64,000 nucleotides of DNA from an uncultured Methylomirabilota bacterium (GTDB lineage Bacteria > Methylomirabilota > Methylomirabilia > Methylomirabilales > 2-02-FULL-66-22), in contig CAWJSJ010000002.1 in the NCBI GenBank assembly GCA_963845565.1, positions 1,216,001 through 1,280,000 of the forward strand. Direction: 5' to 3'. The translations under genes were made by a program, and so were the position numbers. A model generated the notes under the pieces. It was not told where the DNA came from. It saw only the letters and a program-made list of their open reading frames with translations, and ran no database searches. How positions within the stretch are numbered: position 1 is the stretch's first letter; each line of letters opens with the position of its first letter. Below, one piece after another: positions 63,799 through 64,000 of this stretch.

Positions 63799-64000
63799 GC
63801 GCGCGCCGGACACCCGGCAGAGGCGCGGGTTGTGGGTCAGGCGTCGAGGCGCGTCGCGTCTCGCCCCCGCAAGACCGCGATGAGGCCTTGTGAGGTTTCG
63901 AGCGCGGCGAGCCGGCGGCGGAGGTCCGTCGGATGTGCGATTCCTCCCTCCCCGTCGAGCCGGTGAGGAGTGTTTCAGCGGTCCGGGTCGCCGGACTCCA

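Overview
This is a high-GC bacterial chromosomal window. The transporter inventory and intergenic repeat style suggest an uncultured lineage such as NC10/Methylomirabilota or a deltaproteobacterium, which is a low-confidence inference. No rRNA, tRNA or CRISPR array was seen. Bases 1-35 kb hold regulator-transporter-catabolic modules: (1) GntR-TRAP-class III aminotransferase; (2) deacylase-peptide ABC-carbamate kinase; (3) GntR-TctCBA followed by a complete citrate lyase operon citC-citD-[DUF296]-citE-citF-citX-citG; (4) a sugar ABC divergent from IclR-cupin-TRAP-TctCBA-FAH-NIPSNAP. Bases 35-48 kb are a mosaic accessory zone. It has three copies of an IS91-family (rolling-circle) right end, two IS91 transposase remnants, a RAYT remnant and several truncated genes. 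Intact cargo there includes a 2OG-Fe(II) oxygenase, a 5'-truncated type II FAS/PKS cluster with a Cys-less KS, a TPR protein, a USP and an exported beta-repeat protein; a DUF433/PIN toxin-antitoxin pair is decayed. Bases 48-59 kb hold a LarA-like/2-oxoacid:ferredoxin oxidoreductase/SucCD-like/TctC operon, divergent from a corrinoid protein-methyltransferase-DUF1638 module. Most spacers in this stretch carry 7-9-mer tandem repeats, several as inverted pairs. Bases 59-64 kb hold an MBL hydrolase, a DMT transporter, RidA and an M23 peptidase. A 125-bp MITE with a covarying internal hairpin occurs three times. Several single-base insertions in otherwise intact genes suggest either assembly indel errors or recent pseudogenisation. 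All family assignments come from motif recognition by eye; no searches were run.
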